Both the position numbers and the translations under genes were made by a program. Shown here one piece after another: positions 53,070 to 61,369 of a stretch of DNA of 64,000 nucleotides. Within the stretch, counting starts at the first letter, position 1. Every line of letters starts with the position of its first letter. The stretch comes from Candidatus Hydrogenedentota bacterium (lineage in GTDB: Bacteria > Hydrogenedentota > Hydrogenedentia > Hydrogenedentales > SLHB01). A model generated the notes under the pieces. That model had not been told where the DNA came from. It saw only the letters and a program-made list of their open reading frames with translations, and did no database searches. The stretch covers positions 224,001-288,000 of the forward strand of contig CAVUWV010000036.1 in assembly GCA_963745075.1 (NCBI GenBank). Direction: 5' to 3'.

Positions 53070-53099
53070 ATTATATTCCGCGTCTACCATACCTGTCAA
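53070..53099 (-). promoter_or_regulatory. Consensus sigma70 promoter of the regulator-feo operon
   Basis: TTGACA-N18-TATAAT. Confidence 0.85.
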
Positions 53100-53266
53100 G
53101 GCAATTCCGGCAAGAAGTTATACCCGGCGAGGACGATTCGCAAAGCGAGACCTTCTAAGTGGTAAATTAAATGCCGTGAATCGTGCCTCTTTTCGCGAAT
53201 CCAATAACGCAATTCCGCTCTAAACACTTACTATAAAATATCTTACAAATCAATGCCGCTTGATTA

Positions 53267-54121
53267 CTACTTCCCACGCTCTCGCAGGGCTCGTTCCAGC
53301 AGGTCGATGTCTTCCCGAATCATGTTGCGGTCGTCTTTGGTGAAGATCCCGACACAAACGGCATCCCCCGGACGGTACGTATCGGCCACGTACGCGAAGG
53401 CTTCGGCGGGATTGTTTCGCCCGGCCGCGAGCACCTTGTAATGAATTGCCGGCGCCGGGAGTTCCTGGATCAACGCGCACATGGCCTCGCGATGTTCGGA
53501 ACCGTAATATTCTTCCTCGTCGTAGTTCCGATGCGATTGCTGGGTTCGGTCGTCGGGGTTGTAGTAGCTGGTCATGAAGAAGTCCAACTCGAGATGCTCC
53601 GCAGCCCAACGGACCGTTTCGGTGCGATGTCCCGCCGCGCCCACCGCCATGCCGTGGTCTTTAATCATCTGGACGGCGTCGAAGATATCCGCGGTCTCGT
53701 CGTTGGCGACGCGATAATCCATTTCTCCGCCATGGATGAAGCAGCACTGGGCGCGGCCGTGAATCGCATTGTCCACGCCGTGCCGGATCGTGCCCACACC
53801 GGGGCAGGTCTGTGCGATCCAGGTCAGGCTGCCACCGTCGTTCCAGTGCTCGCGCAGGGCGCGCATGATGAATTCGTCGGCCCGTCCCAGATGCGCGGTG
53901 ACCCCGGCTTCTTCGGCCAGCCGGTAACACTCCTTCACGCGCTCCATCGTGTACCAGTTGCGCATTTCCTCGTCGCGTTCGCGCGTTTGATGGGCGTAGC
54001 CGCCAAAGGGATTCCCGCCAAGGATAAAACGGCTCACCGAAACGCCGCCCAGGGTGATCTCTTCGGGACGCAGTTCGGTCGCCGGATCGGTTGCGATTGC
54101 GGAAGCTTGCGCTGCGGGCAT
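53267..54121 (-). CDS. Aldo/keto-reductase-like TIM-barrel protein
   Basis: VSRFILGGNPF, IHGG, YKVLAAGR; AAGGAG RBS. Confidence 0.65.
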   Translation of the reverse strand: MPAAQASAIATDPATELRPEEITLGGVSVSRFILGGNPFGGYAHQTRERDEEMRNWYTMERVKECYRLAEEAGVTAHLGRADEFIMRALREHWNDGGSLTWIAQTCPGVGTIRHGVDNAIHGRAQCCFIHGGEMDYRVANDETADIFDAVQMIKDHGMAVGAAGHRTETVRWAAEHLELDFFMTSYYNPDDRTQQSHRNYDEEEYYGSEHREAMCALIQELPAPAIHYKVLAAGRNNPAEAFAYVADTYRPGDAVCVGIFTKDDRNMIREDIDLLERALRERGK

Positions 54122-54181
54122 CGGTGGTCTCCTTAGCCGGTTATGATTCATACGCCCGTTACGGACGGATTAATCAGCTTA

Positions 54182-55021
54182 TCACGATTTCACGGCTGTG
54201 AACAGCCCATAGCGCATGGCGCCCACGTAATACGCCACCCAGATTCGGAAGATGGTGATTCCGAAAACCCGGTTCGGGCCGTTAAAGAGAAAGTGCCACG
54301 CTTCCCGGTCGTGCAACAGCCGCTTCGCCATGCGCCCGACGATGATGGGCCAGGTCTTGCGCACGTTCCGGCTGAGATCGCGGAAGGTGATATCGGTGAA
54401 TCCCGATTCCCACATCATCTGACGGTAGTCTTCTTCATTCCCCATGCTCGGGAGTCGGCCTTCGCGGCAGATGGGTTCCAATAACCATCGGAATTGGCGG
54501 TCGGTGGGATTGTCGCAGGCCAACCAGGCGTACACGCCGAACCGGCCGCCGGGTTTCAGCACCCGGTTCACCTCGGCGAAGAAACCGGGTTTGTCCTCCA
54601 TGTGTTCGGAACTCTCGATGGAAATCGCCACGTCCACCGACGCGTCGGGCAGGCCGTTCTCGAACCAGTTTTGTAGCCGGTATTGGGGATTGCCGGTGTC
54701 CCCCGTCTTCGCCACGGCGTACTCGTACTGTTCCTTCGAGAGGGTGTAGCCGGTGACGTTGGCGCCGAAGCCCTTCGCCAGAATACGCGCCGTTCCGCCG
54801 TAGCCGCAACCAATGTCAACAACCGTGCTGCCGCTCGTGACGCCCGTTTCCCGGGCGATGAGTTGGGTCAACTGTTGCACCGCGAGTTCCGCGCTTTCGC
54901 TGCCCGTTTCCCAGAGTCCGTGATGCACGTGTTCGCCCCAGATTTCGAGATACCACTTGCTCAGGTCATCATAATGGTCGGCGACGTGCTGGTGCTTCTG
55001 GTCTTCGCGGGGATAAATCAC
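54182..55021 (-). CDS. Class I SAM methyltransferase (gamma-tocopherol/sterol MT-like)
   Basis: HYD..S..Y..IWGEHVHHGLW, DIGCGYGG, ESSEHM, RVLKPGG. Confidence 0.85.
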   Translation of the reverse strand: MIYPREDQKHQHVADHYDDLSKWYLEIWGEHVHHGLWETGSESAELAVQQLTQLIARETGVTSGSTVVDIGCGYGGTARILAKGFGANVTGYTLSKEQYEYAVAKTGDTGNPQYRLQNWFENGLPDASVDVAISIESSEHMEDKPGFFAEVNRVLKPGGRFGVYAWLACDNPTDRQFRWLLEPICREGRLPSMGNEEDYRQMMWESGFTDITFRDLSRNVRKTWPIIVGRMAKRLLHDREAWHFLFNGPNRVFGITIFRIWVAYYVGAMRYGLFTAVKS

Positions 55022-55147
55022 GCATATACCTCAAACCGTTTCAGCCCTGGGAATCCGGCGCGATTGCGCCTCGTCCGGCCGGTTGTTATCATTCGCAGCA
55101 GTGGTTCCGGTTTCAACTCAGGGTCCTGAATCGAGGAGAGCAATAGG

Positions 55148-55300
55148 ATGTGGACGTACTACCTGTTCATGGCCCTGATGGTGATCACCTTGATCTTGTG
55201 GGCGGTTATCGCGTTGCGCGACGACACCCGCGAAAACGGCGACCAACCCGAACCCCGCAAAGATTCCGGCGCGAAGAAGTCCGGCCACGCGCACGACTGA
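55148..55300 (+). CDS. 50-aa single-TM small protein (not in the ORF track)
   Basis: MWTYYLFMALMVITLILWAVIALRDDTRENGDQPEPRKDSGAKKSGHAHD; GAGGAG RBS. Confidence 0.62.
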   Translation: MWTYYLFMALMVITLILWAVIALRDDTRENGDQPEPRKDSGAKKSGHAHD

Positions 55301-55306
55301 GACACC

Positions 55307-55681
55307 TTACTCCGCCTCGTCCTCTTCCGGTCCGCCGGTCCGATTCACCCCCAGCGAACGCAGAAACCCGTCGATGTCGATTTCCGCATCCGTTTCGCCC
55401 ATCTCGGGATGAAACCGCAGGGGATCGCGAAGGTACGCGCGCTGGCACAGGGGACAGAGATCCAACGTGAAACTCTTGTAGACCGATTCCTCCAACTCCG
55501 TGGGGTCTTTGTCTTTCAGCCGCTCGATGAGCGACAGGATCTCCGCCCGGTGGTCGCGGACGAGGTCGGCCAGATGGATTTCCATCTCGTCATACGCCGC
55601 GCGCACATCGATCTTCACGGTATACCGGAGATCGCCCTTCCGCATCTCCTTCCCGCACCCGTCGCAGCGATGAACGATCAT
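55307..55681 (-). CDS. Hypothetical Zn-ribbon protein
   Basis: CDGC...DLCPLC; GGAAGGA RBS. Confidence 0.72.
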   Translation of the reverse strand: MIVHRCDGCGKEMRKGDLRYTVKIDVRAAYDEMEIHLADLVRDHRAEILSLIERLKDKDPTELEESVYKSFTLDLCPLCQRAYLRDPLRFHPEMGETDAEIDIDGFLRSLGVNRTGGPEEDEAE

Positions 55682-55900
55682 GGCGATAATTCCTTCCTGT
55701 GAACGCTCCTTCTAAGTATACCAAAGTGCCGCCAAACCCGCCCTAAGTCCTTGCCAGATGTTGCGCGTTTGGGCACGGCCTCCCGTCCATCCCGTCCATA
55801 AAAGTCCATACCGTCCATCACCCCGAACCGCCCAACCCCTGCGCATGAAAGTAGAAATAGTCGGGAACCGTATGCTAATCTATGCCTTCGATTACCCCAT

Positions 55901-55977
55901 GCCGGTGTAGCTCAGTTGGTTAGAGCAGTGGAATCATAATCCACGTGTCCGCGGTTCGAATCCGTGCACCGGCACCA
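55901..55977 (+). tRNA. tRNA-Met(CAT), probably elongator
   Basis: Cloverleaf with GCCGGTG/CACCGGC acceptor stem, anticodon arm GTGGA-ATCATAA-TCCAC, TTCGAAT T-loop, encoded CCA; G1-C72 paired. Confidence 0.93.
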
Positions 55978-55988
55978 TGTATATCGCC

Positions 55989-56033
55989 AACGGTCGGCAG
56001 CTTGCGCAATGCAGGCGCCGGCCGTTTTTGTTT
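55989..56033 (+). terminator. Terminator after the tRNA
   Basis: AACGGTCGGC...GCCGGCCGTT stem followed by TTTGTTT. Confidence 0.65.
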
Positions 56034-56183
56034 CCGGGGGGGCTTTGGTGTTGAAGCGGAGGTCAAGGGCTTTCCTTCGTACGGGAGGTTTAACCGGGTG
56101 CTGTTGCCGTAGTCGCGCTGGGTGACGCGCGGGCCAACACGGACAGACACGGGCTGACACGATTGGATGCGATGGACACGGGG

Positions 56184-57608
56184 CTACTCCGGGGTGGCTT
56201 CTGAGTTGGATTGGGGGTTGGCGGATCGACCGGTGTAGATGGCTTCGGCGTGGGCTCGTTGGGGGGAGCCAATGGGGTAGGCCTCGGGGGGGACTTTGCC
56301 GGTTCGGACGGCTTCCATGTAGTTCTTGAGGAGTTGGGCGGATTCGGGGGACAGGTCCACCTGGTTGTGGGCTTGGAGTGTTGCGGGATCTCCTTGTTCG
56401 TCGTCGGGTAGGGGTGGCAAGTGGAGGTGGCCGAGGATGGCTTCGGCGAGTTCTTGGGAGACGGATTGTTTGGCGGGGCGGTAGCTGGCTAAGACGTGGT
56501 CGCGTTCGGACTTGGCGAATTCTTCGTCGATGCGGCCGGCTTCGTCGAAGGCTTCGCACATTTCGATGTCGCGGCCTTGGCCTCCGGCGAGGGTGGCGCG
56601 TTGGATGTAGGCTTTGGCGTGGGTCTCGGGGGTTTGGGGCGGGAGTTGGGCGTCGGCGATGGAATCGGGGTCGAGGCCGGTGTCGTGTTGGGCGCGTTGG
56701 GCGTGGCGGAGGATGCCATCGGGTGAGGGGGGTGTACCCGCGGAATTGTGACGATTCAAGGGGGGGTGCGCCGGCGCGTGGAGGAGTTTGAGGGTGGCGC
56801 GGTATTCGCGCATTAGGCGGGTGAAAGCTAGGATGGTGTTGGAGTTAGGTGCTTGGTTTAGGTCTTCGGAAGAACACGGTTCCGGAGATGAAGAACACGG
56901 GCGGGACGCCCGTGCCCCAGGGGGGGAAGCCCATACTTCCGGGGCTTGGGCCAAGTGGGTGGTGGCGGCGTTGACGAGGACTTGGAGCATGGCGACGTTG
57001 TGGGCGGTGTGGATGCCCATGGGGTTGGGGTGAGGCTGGGATTCGACGATGGCGAGGGCGTCGGTTAGGACGGTGTTGTATTCGGATAATTGATAGACGC
57101 ACGTTGGCGGGGACTGCGGGGGCGCGGCGGTGGAAGGTTGGGAAGAATCGGACGGATCGGACCGATCGGTCGGATCGGAAAAGTCTGAAGATGGGTCCCC
57201 GCTTTCGCGGGGATGACGATTTGGGTGGGGAGTTGGGTCGCCGTGTTCCCCGCGGTCACGAAGACGAGGATGACGAGCATTATGGGGCGCGGTGCGGTTG
57301 GCGATGGGACAATTCTCCCAGTGGGGGCAGTTGGGGGTGCAGGTTCGTAGGCGGCGGGAGTAGAGGCCGTGGATGTGGGCGTTGCGGTTGCCGGGGGGTG
57401 CGCCGGTGAGGTCGAAGCCGCCGTGGAAGTGGCAGCGTCCGGAGGGGTGGCCGGAGGTGTTGCAGCAGGGCGTGGCGTCGGGTAGGCGGGCGCCGCAGAT
57501 GGGGTGGTTGCGTTCGGATTCTTTGGCGTTGACGGTGGCGATCCAGTCTTTGGTCCAGGAGCGGGCGCAGGGGGTGCCGGAATTCGTGTGTTTGGGTTTG
57601 GTTGGCAT
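56184..57608 (-). CDS. HGGxSTG-like Zn-finger domain protein with repeat-derived inserts
   Basis: CGAR...C...GRCHFHGG...GAPPGNRNA..HGLYS, then CxxxCxxxxxC; AAGGA RBS. Confidence 0.68.
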   Translation of the reverse strand: MPTKPKHTNSGTPCARSWTKDWIATVNAKESERNHPICGARLPDATPCCNTSGHPSGRCHFHGGFDLTGAPPGNRNAHIHGLYSRRLRTCTPNCPHWENCPIANRTAPHNARHPRLRDRGEHGDPTPHPNRHPRESGDPSSDFSDPTDRSDPSDSSQPSTAAPPQSPPTCVYQLSEYNTVLTDALAIVESQPHPNPMGIHTAHNVAMLQVLVNAATTHLAQAPEVWASPPGARASRPCSSSPEPCSSEDLNQAPNSNTILAFTRLMREYRATLKLLHAPAHPPLNRHNSAGTPPSPDGILRHAQRAQHDTGLDPDSIADAQLPPQTPETHAKAYIQRATLAGGQGRDIEMCEAFDEAGRIDEEFAKSERDHVLASYRPAKQSVSQELAEAILGHLHLPPLPDDEQGDPATLQAHNQVDLSPESAQLLKNYMEAVRTGKVPPEAYPIGSPQRAHAEAIYTGRSANPQSNSEATPE

Positions 57609-57715
57609 GGGTGGATTCCTTCTTATAAAGGTAGGCAGAAATCTCCTTATAGATATTGCACGGGGGGTTGCAGTTGGGAGTCCGGAGTCCGGAGGCTAGA
57701 GCCCGAGGCGGGATT

Positions 57716-58266
57716 AAACAATGGAACGCGGATTGGACGGATGCAGCGGATTTTCACAGATCCTTCCAATTCTTATCCGCGACGATCCGTAGGATCCGCG
57801 TCATCCGCGTTCCATTGTTCGTCTTTCTAACCGCGCAACGATCTGGGATAGTGAACCACGGAGTCTGGAGGAATTGACCGGGCCGGCGGCTTAGGGGAGC
57901 ACGGATGTCTCGCCTGGGAAACAATAGACCGCGAATTGGACGGATGCAGCGGATTTTCACGGATCCTTCCAATTCTTATCCGCGACGATCCGTAGGATCC
58001 GCGTTATCCGCGTTCCATTGTTCGTCTTTCTAACCGCGCAACGATCTGGGATAGTGAACCACGGAGTCTGGAGGAATTGACCGGGCCGGCGGCTTAGGGG
58101 AGCACGGGCGTCTCGCCTGGGAAACAATAGACCGCGGATTGGACGGATGCAGCGGATTTTCACGGATCCTTCCAATTCTTATCCGCGACGATCCGTAGGA
58201 TCCGCGTCATCCGCGTTCCATTGTTCGTCTTTCTAACCGCGCAACGATCTGGGATAGTGAACCACG
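57716..58266. repeat. Tandem array, 203-bp unit x ~2.7
   Basis: Units start at 57716, 57919 and 58122; few SNPs; each contains an internal palindrome. Confidence 0.95.
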
Positions 58267-58571
58267 AAGTACACGAAATCCACGAAGGAATGCGAGAGCT
58301 GTGCAGCACGGACCCTTCGTGACCTTCGTACTCTTCGTGGTGAAAGACTCTTTCTGCGGCCTCGGGGCTCGAGACTTGAGTCTTCGTCCCATTCCATGAT
58401 CGGATAGCCTCGACAGAACTATGCATGGGCTACTATAATGGAGAAGCGCAAATCGGAGTCGTTTCAGAAGAAAAGGAGACCTCAGGCGCTGAGGGCTAGT
58501 TCTCAAGCGACGCGGGAGTGTGGCGCGCGGCCAAGAACGCGGGGACATTTTGCGCAGAAAGGTAGACCCTC

Positions 58572-58748
58572 ATGAATCCTGATCCGGAATACTGGCATAA
58601 CAAGGGCGAGCAAGATTATCCTGACAATTGGGATCCACCCATTGACGGATTTCGATCAATGCTGACAATCTACGACGACGATGATGTCGTGAACATGGAG
58701 GCTTACAAGGAAGGCTGGGAAAACGCGCGCAGCCAAGCCAGTGATTGA
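58572..58748 (+). CDS. 58-aa acidic protein, candidate antitoxin/partner of PIN (not in the ORF track)
   Basis: MNPDPEYWHNKGEQDY...EAYKEGWENARSQASD; AAAGGT RBS; its TGA abuts the PIN ATG. Confidence 0.62.
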   Translation: MNPDPEYWHNKGEQDYPDNWDPPIDGFRSMLTIYDDDDVVNMEAYKEGWENARSQASD

Positions 58749-59318
58749 ATGGCTACGAAATTCAAAAGTCTGCCTGGCAGAGTGTTCCTGGATACGTCCG
58801 TAATTAACTTGTGGTTGGACTTCGGAGATAGTATCCATGATGCTGCGCCTCTGCATTCTGATGTGCCAGACCGCGTGGCGGCTGATGTGGAAGCTCTTAG
58901 AAAGATCGCACTGACAGGGAGCCGTGCGCAGTGGCAACTCGCGGTTTCGCCGTTGACTTACTTGGAAATCGCGGCTACAGGGCTTCCGCAGAAAGCGAAT
59001 GAACTAACGTCTTGGTTCTGGGAAATCTGGACATATTGGCGCGAGTTTCTGTCAACGGATCTGGAACTCCCCTCTTTCAGCGAAGCGGAGACGATTAGAC
59101 TACATATTCTCAGTTCAACTGGCGTATGTGATCTCGTTGACCAAAATGACCGGGTACTTCTGACCGACGCAGTCGTCTATGGGTGCGAACTATTCTGTAC
59201 GAGCGATTGGTCGACTATCTTGCGGCATAGGGACAAGTTGACGGACTATCCGATTCCAATCGTTACCCCCGTGGGGTGGTGGAACAGGATACAACCGTGG
59301 GCGGCGATTTGGGTCTAG
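58749..59318 (+). CDS. PIN-domain nuclease-like protein
   Basis: VFLDTSV, SPLTYLEI, DQNDRVLLTDA, FCTSD acidic tetrad pattern. Confidence 0.72.
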   Translation: MATKFKSLPGRVFLDTSVINLWLDFGDSIHDAAPLHSDVPDRVAADVEALRKIALTGSRAQWQLAVSPLTYLEIAATGLPQKANELTSWFWEIWTYWREFLSTDLELPSFSEAETIRLHILSSTGVCDLVDQNDRVLLTDAVVYGCELFCTSDWSTILRHRDKLTDYPIPIVTPVGWWNRIQPWAAIWV

Positions 59319-59503
59319 TTAGCCAAACCTCATATGCTTTTCAATTGGCTTCTTGGGCGGTCGCTTGAATCCACGACACTCTGACGTTCCACAAACCTGT
59401 CCAGATCGGAATGAGGATAAATGCTGTCCTTTCCCGAAATCGCGCCTGGTGCTTTGTGCTAATATGTCGGTCGTATTTGATCGGTCACAACGCGGAATTG
59501 ACG

Positions 59504-60277
59504 ATGTTAATTTCCGAAAATCACGAGCTAGGGCAGAATGCTTCTCGACAGATCTTGGATCTATTTGTTTCACCGGAAGTTGAAAGGAGACAGGAAGCTG
59601 GTGAGTTGCCACGTCCGCTGGCCTTGGAAGCCGCCCAAGTAATTTTCTTCCCAGACGGTCGAGCGCCTGAGGTTCGAGTCAACTCCGAAGTGCGAATTTC
59701 CGTAGGAATAGCGTTTAAGCCAGGCGTCGAAAAGAGGCCCGGAGATCGCATACTCGCTGAAGAAATTGAGAGAATTACGGACTGCAAGCTACCGATTGGT
59801 GACTATCCAGACTGCGGACACGCTACACTTTTCAACATCGATGGCAGGTGGACTCTCGCGTTCGATTTCATAACGAATAAGGATACGGCCAGAAAGCTGC
59901 TGGAAGTCGCGGATGAATTCATTCAGGCGGCGAAATACTCCGTCGCGAAGAATAACATGTGCGCGTTTGTGGACGCTCTATATAGTAACGTTGAACTCAC
60001 CGCAAAGAGTATTCTTCTTACCAAGGTTGGCGACGCAGGATTGCGTGAAAAGACGAGTCATAAAGCAATCCAGCAGCGATATAATCTCCATACGCGACAT
60101 GGACTGATCACAGCCCCACACGCCGAATTGTTGAATAGGCTCGCAGAACTTCGCAGAAAAGCACGATACCTCGACAAGCCGTTCGTCCTGACATGCGACG
60201 AAGGTGAGCAGATGCTCCACTTGGCCGAGGAGATGCTCCGAGAAGCCCGCGTTTTGGCAAACGGTACCCTGCCATGA
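59504..60277 (+). CDS. HEPN-domain protein with uncharacterised N-terminal domain; start uncertain
   Basis: ADEFIQAA, LYSNVELTAKSILL, SH, RRKARY (Rx4Y). Confidence 0.65.
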   Translation: MLISENHELGQNASRQILDLFVSPEVERRQEAGELPRPLALEAAQVIFFPDGRAPEVRVNSEVRISVGIAFKPGVEKRPGDRILAEEIERITDCKLPIGDYPDCGHATLFNIDGRWTLAFDFITNKDTARKLLEVADEFIQAAKYSVAKNNMCAFVDALYSNVELTAKSILLTKVGDAGLREKTSHKAIQQRYNLHTRHGLITAPHAELLNRLAELRRKARYLDKPFVLTCDEGEQMLHLAEEMLREARVLANGTLP

Positions 60278-60323
60278 CACGTCACATAGGGTAACGTTAA
60301 TAAGCGTCAAGCAAGCCTAGCGA

Positions 60324-60506
60324 CTAAACTCGTTGTTCTCTCTCGAGCTTCAAGACGCGATGGGCCAGCCGTGCCGCTTCTATCAACTCATCCCGAGTCT
60401 GCCAGTCAAGAGTCGATTTGTACACAACGTCTCGCATCATGTCCTCGACTGCTTCGACATCGGCGTTAGGACATTCGGTTGCTTCTTGAATCAGTCGCTT
60501 CCACAT
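60324..60506 (-). CDS. 60-aa protein downstream of the PLD nuclease
   Basis: MWKRLIQEAT...STLDWQTRDELIEAARLA; GAGGTGG RBS; overlaps the PLD stop. Confidence 0.5.
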   Translation of the reverse strand: MWKRLIQEATECPNADVEAVEDMMRDVVYKSTLDWQTRDELIEAARLAHRVLKLEREQRV

Positions 60507-61369
60507 AAGAACCACCTCATCTGCCGAAGGTCTATCACGCCCTGTCGCTTTAGATGCGCTTGCGCCGTCCGAACTTTGTGTTTCCACTTCTTTCCGAATG
60601 CTTGGCCATTGATTATAAGTTCGCGAGAGTCGTCGCAAAGATCGGGGAATAGCCGCTGTACTCGCGCATGAATTTCGGGAGTTGTCAGTGGTCCAGATTG
60701 CAGAACGTATTCGATCGCCTGTGAAAACAGACTGTGGGCAGAACGTTGCCCAACCTGCGCCGTTAGAAACTCTTCCTCGGTATCCCTCAATGCATCACCG
60801 AGCTTCTTTCGAACGCGTCGGTCGTAATCCCGCTTTTCCTGGTCGAACTCACTCCGGACCGCCGCTGCGGCAGATTCTAGTCGCTCCAAATGGGCTCGCG
60901 ACATCGCACTGCCAAGGCTCGCGTATTGTTCCATGTCGGTGCGGATTCTTGCCACGTCGGCACCCGTCGTGATCCCAATCCCGTATTCATAATTTAGATC
61001 CAGGCCGGAGGTAGTTAAATTTCCGGATGTAACCAGTGCAAAGTCGCTATCCGCGAGATAGACCTTGGCGTGTAGGCGCGGCAGGTTTGTAACAGTGTTA
61101 GATGGCGAGAAATCCAATATTGCCGTGAGGCCAGAAATCTCGAGCGATCCTGCGAGCACATGATCAAGTCGAATTTCAGTTAACAGACGTAGGCGACTGC
61201 TAGCTGAGTCGTGCTCTGAAAGCCGCGACAAGATCCAGTCGATCTCTGATGCCGTGATGAACGGACAAGCTACGAGAATGTCTTGATGAGGCGCCTTAAA
61301 TAGGTCGACGAGGCCGTTTCTTGTAGGGGAGGGATAGAAGTGAATCCCCGGACTTGTCATTGGCTGCAT
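60491..61369 (-). CDS. Phospholipase D-family (single HKD) nuclease fused to an Mrr_N-like winged helix
   Basis: ACPFI, LHAKVYLAD, TSGNLT..G...NYEYG; C-terminal KWKHKVRTAQAHLKRQGVI...W. Confidence 0.78.
   Translation of the reverse strand: MQPMTSPGIHFYPSPTRNGLVDLFKAPHQDILVACPFITASEIDWILSRLSEHDSASSRLRLLTEIRLDHVLAGSLEISGLTAILDFSPSNTVTNLPRLHAKVYLADSDFALVTSGNLTTSGLDLNYEYGIGITTGADVARIRTDMEQYASLGSAMSRAHLERLESAAAAVRSEFDQEKRDYDRRVRKKLGDALRDTEEEFLTAQVGQRSAHSLFSQAIEYVLQSGPLTTPEIHARVQRLFPDLCDDSRELIINGQAFGKKWKHKVRTAQAHLKRQGVIDLRQMRWFLCGSD

Noticed and set aside
55901..55977. Initiator tRNA or tRNA-Ile2
   Set aside because: G1-C72 is paired and the anticodon stem lacks the three G-C pairs, so not initiator; Ile2 is less likely but not excluded
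57716..58266. CRISPR array
   Set aside because: Units are near-identical over their full 203 bp, with no unique spacers and no cas genes
57754..58426. Repeated 72-88 aa ORFs in the tandem array
   Set aside because: By-products of the repeat; no RBS or coding signal
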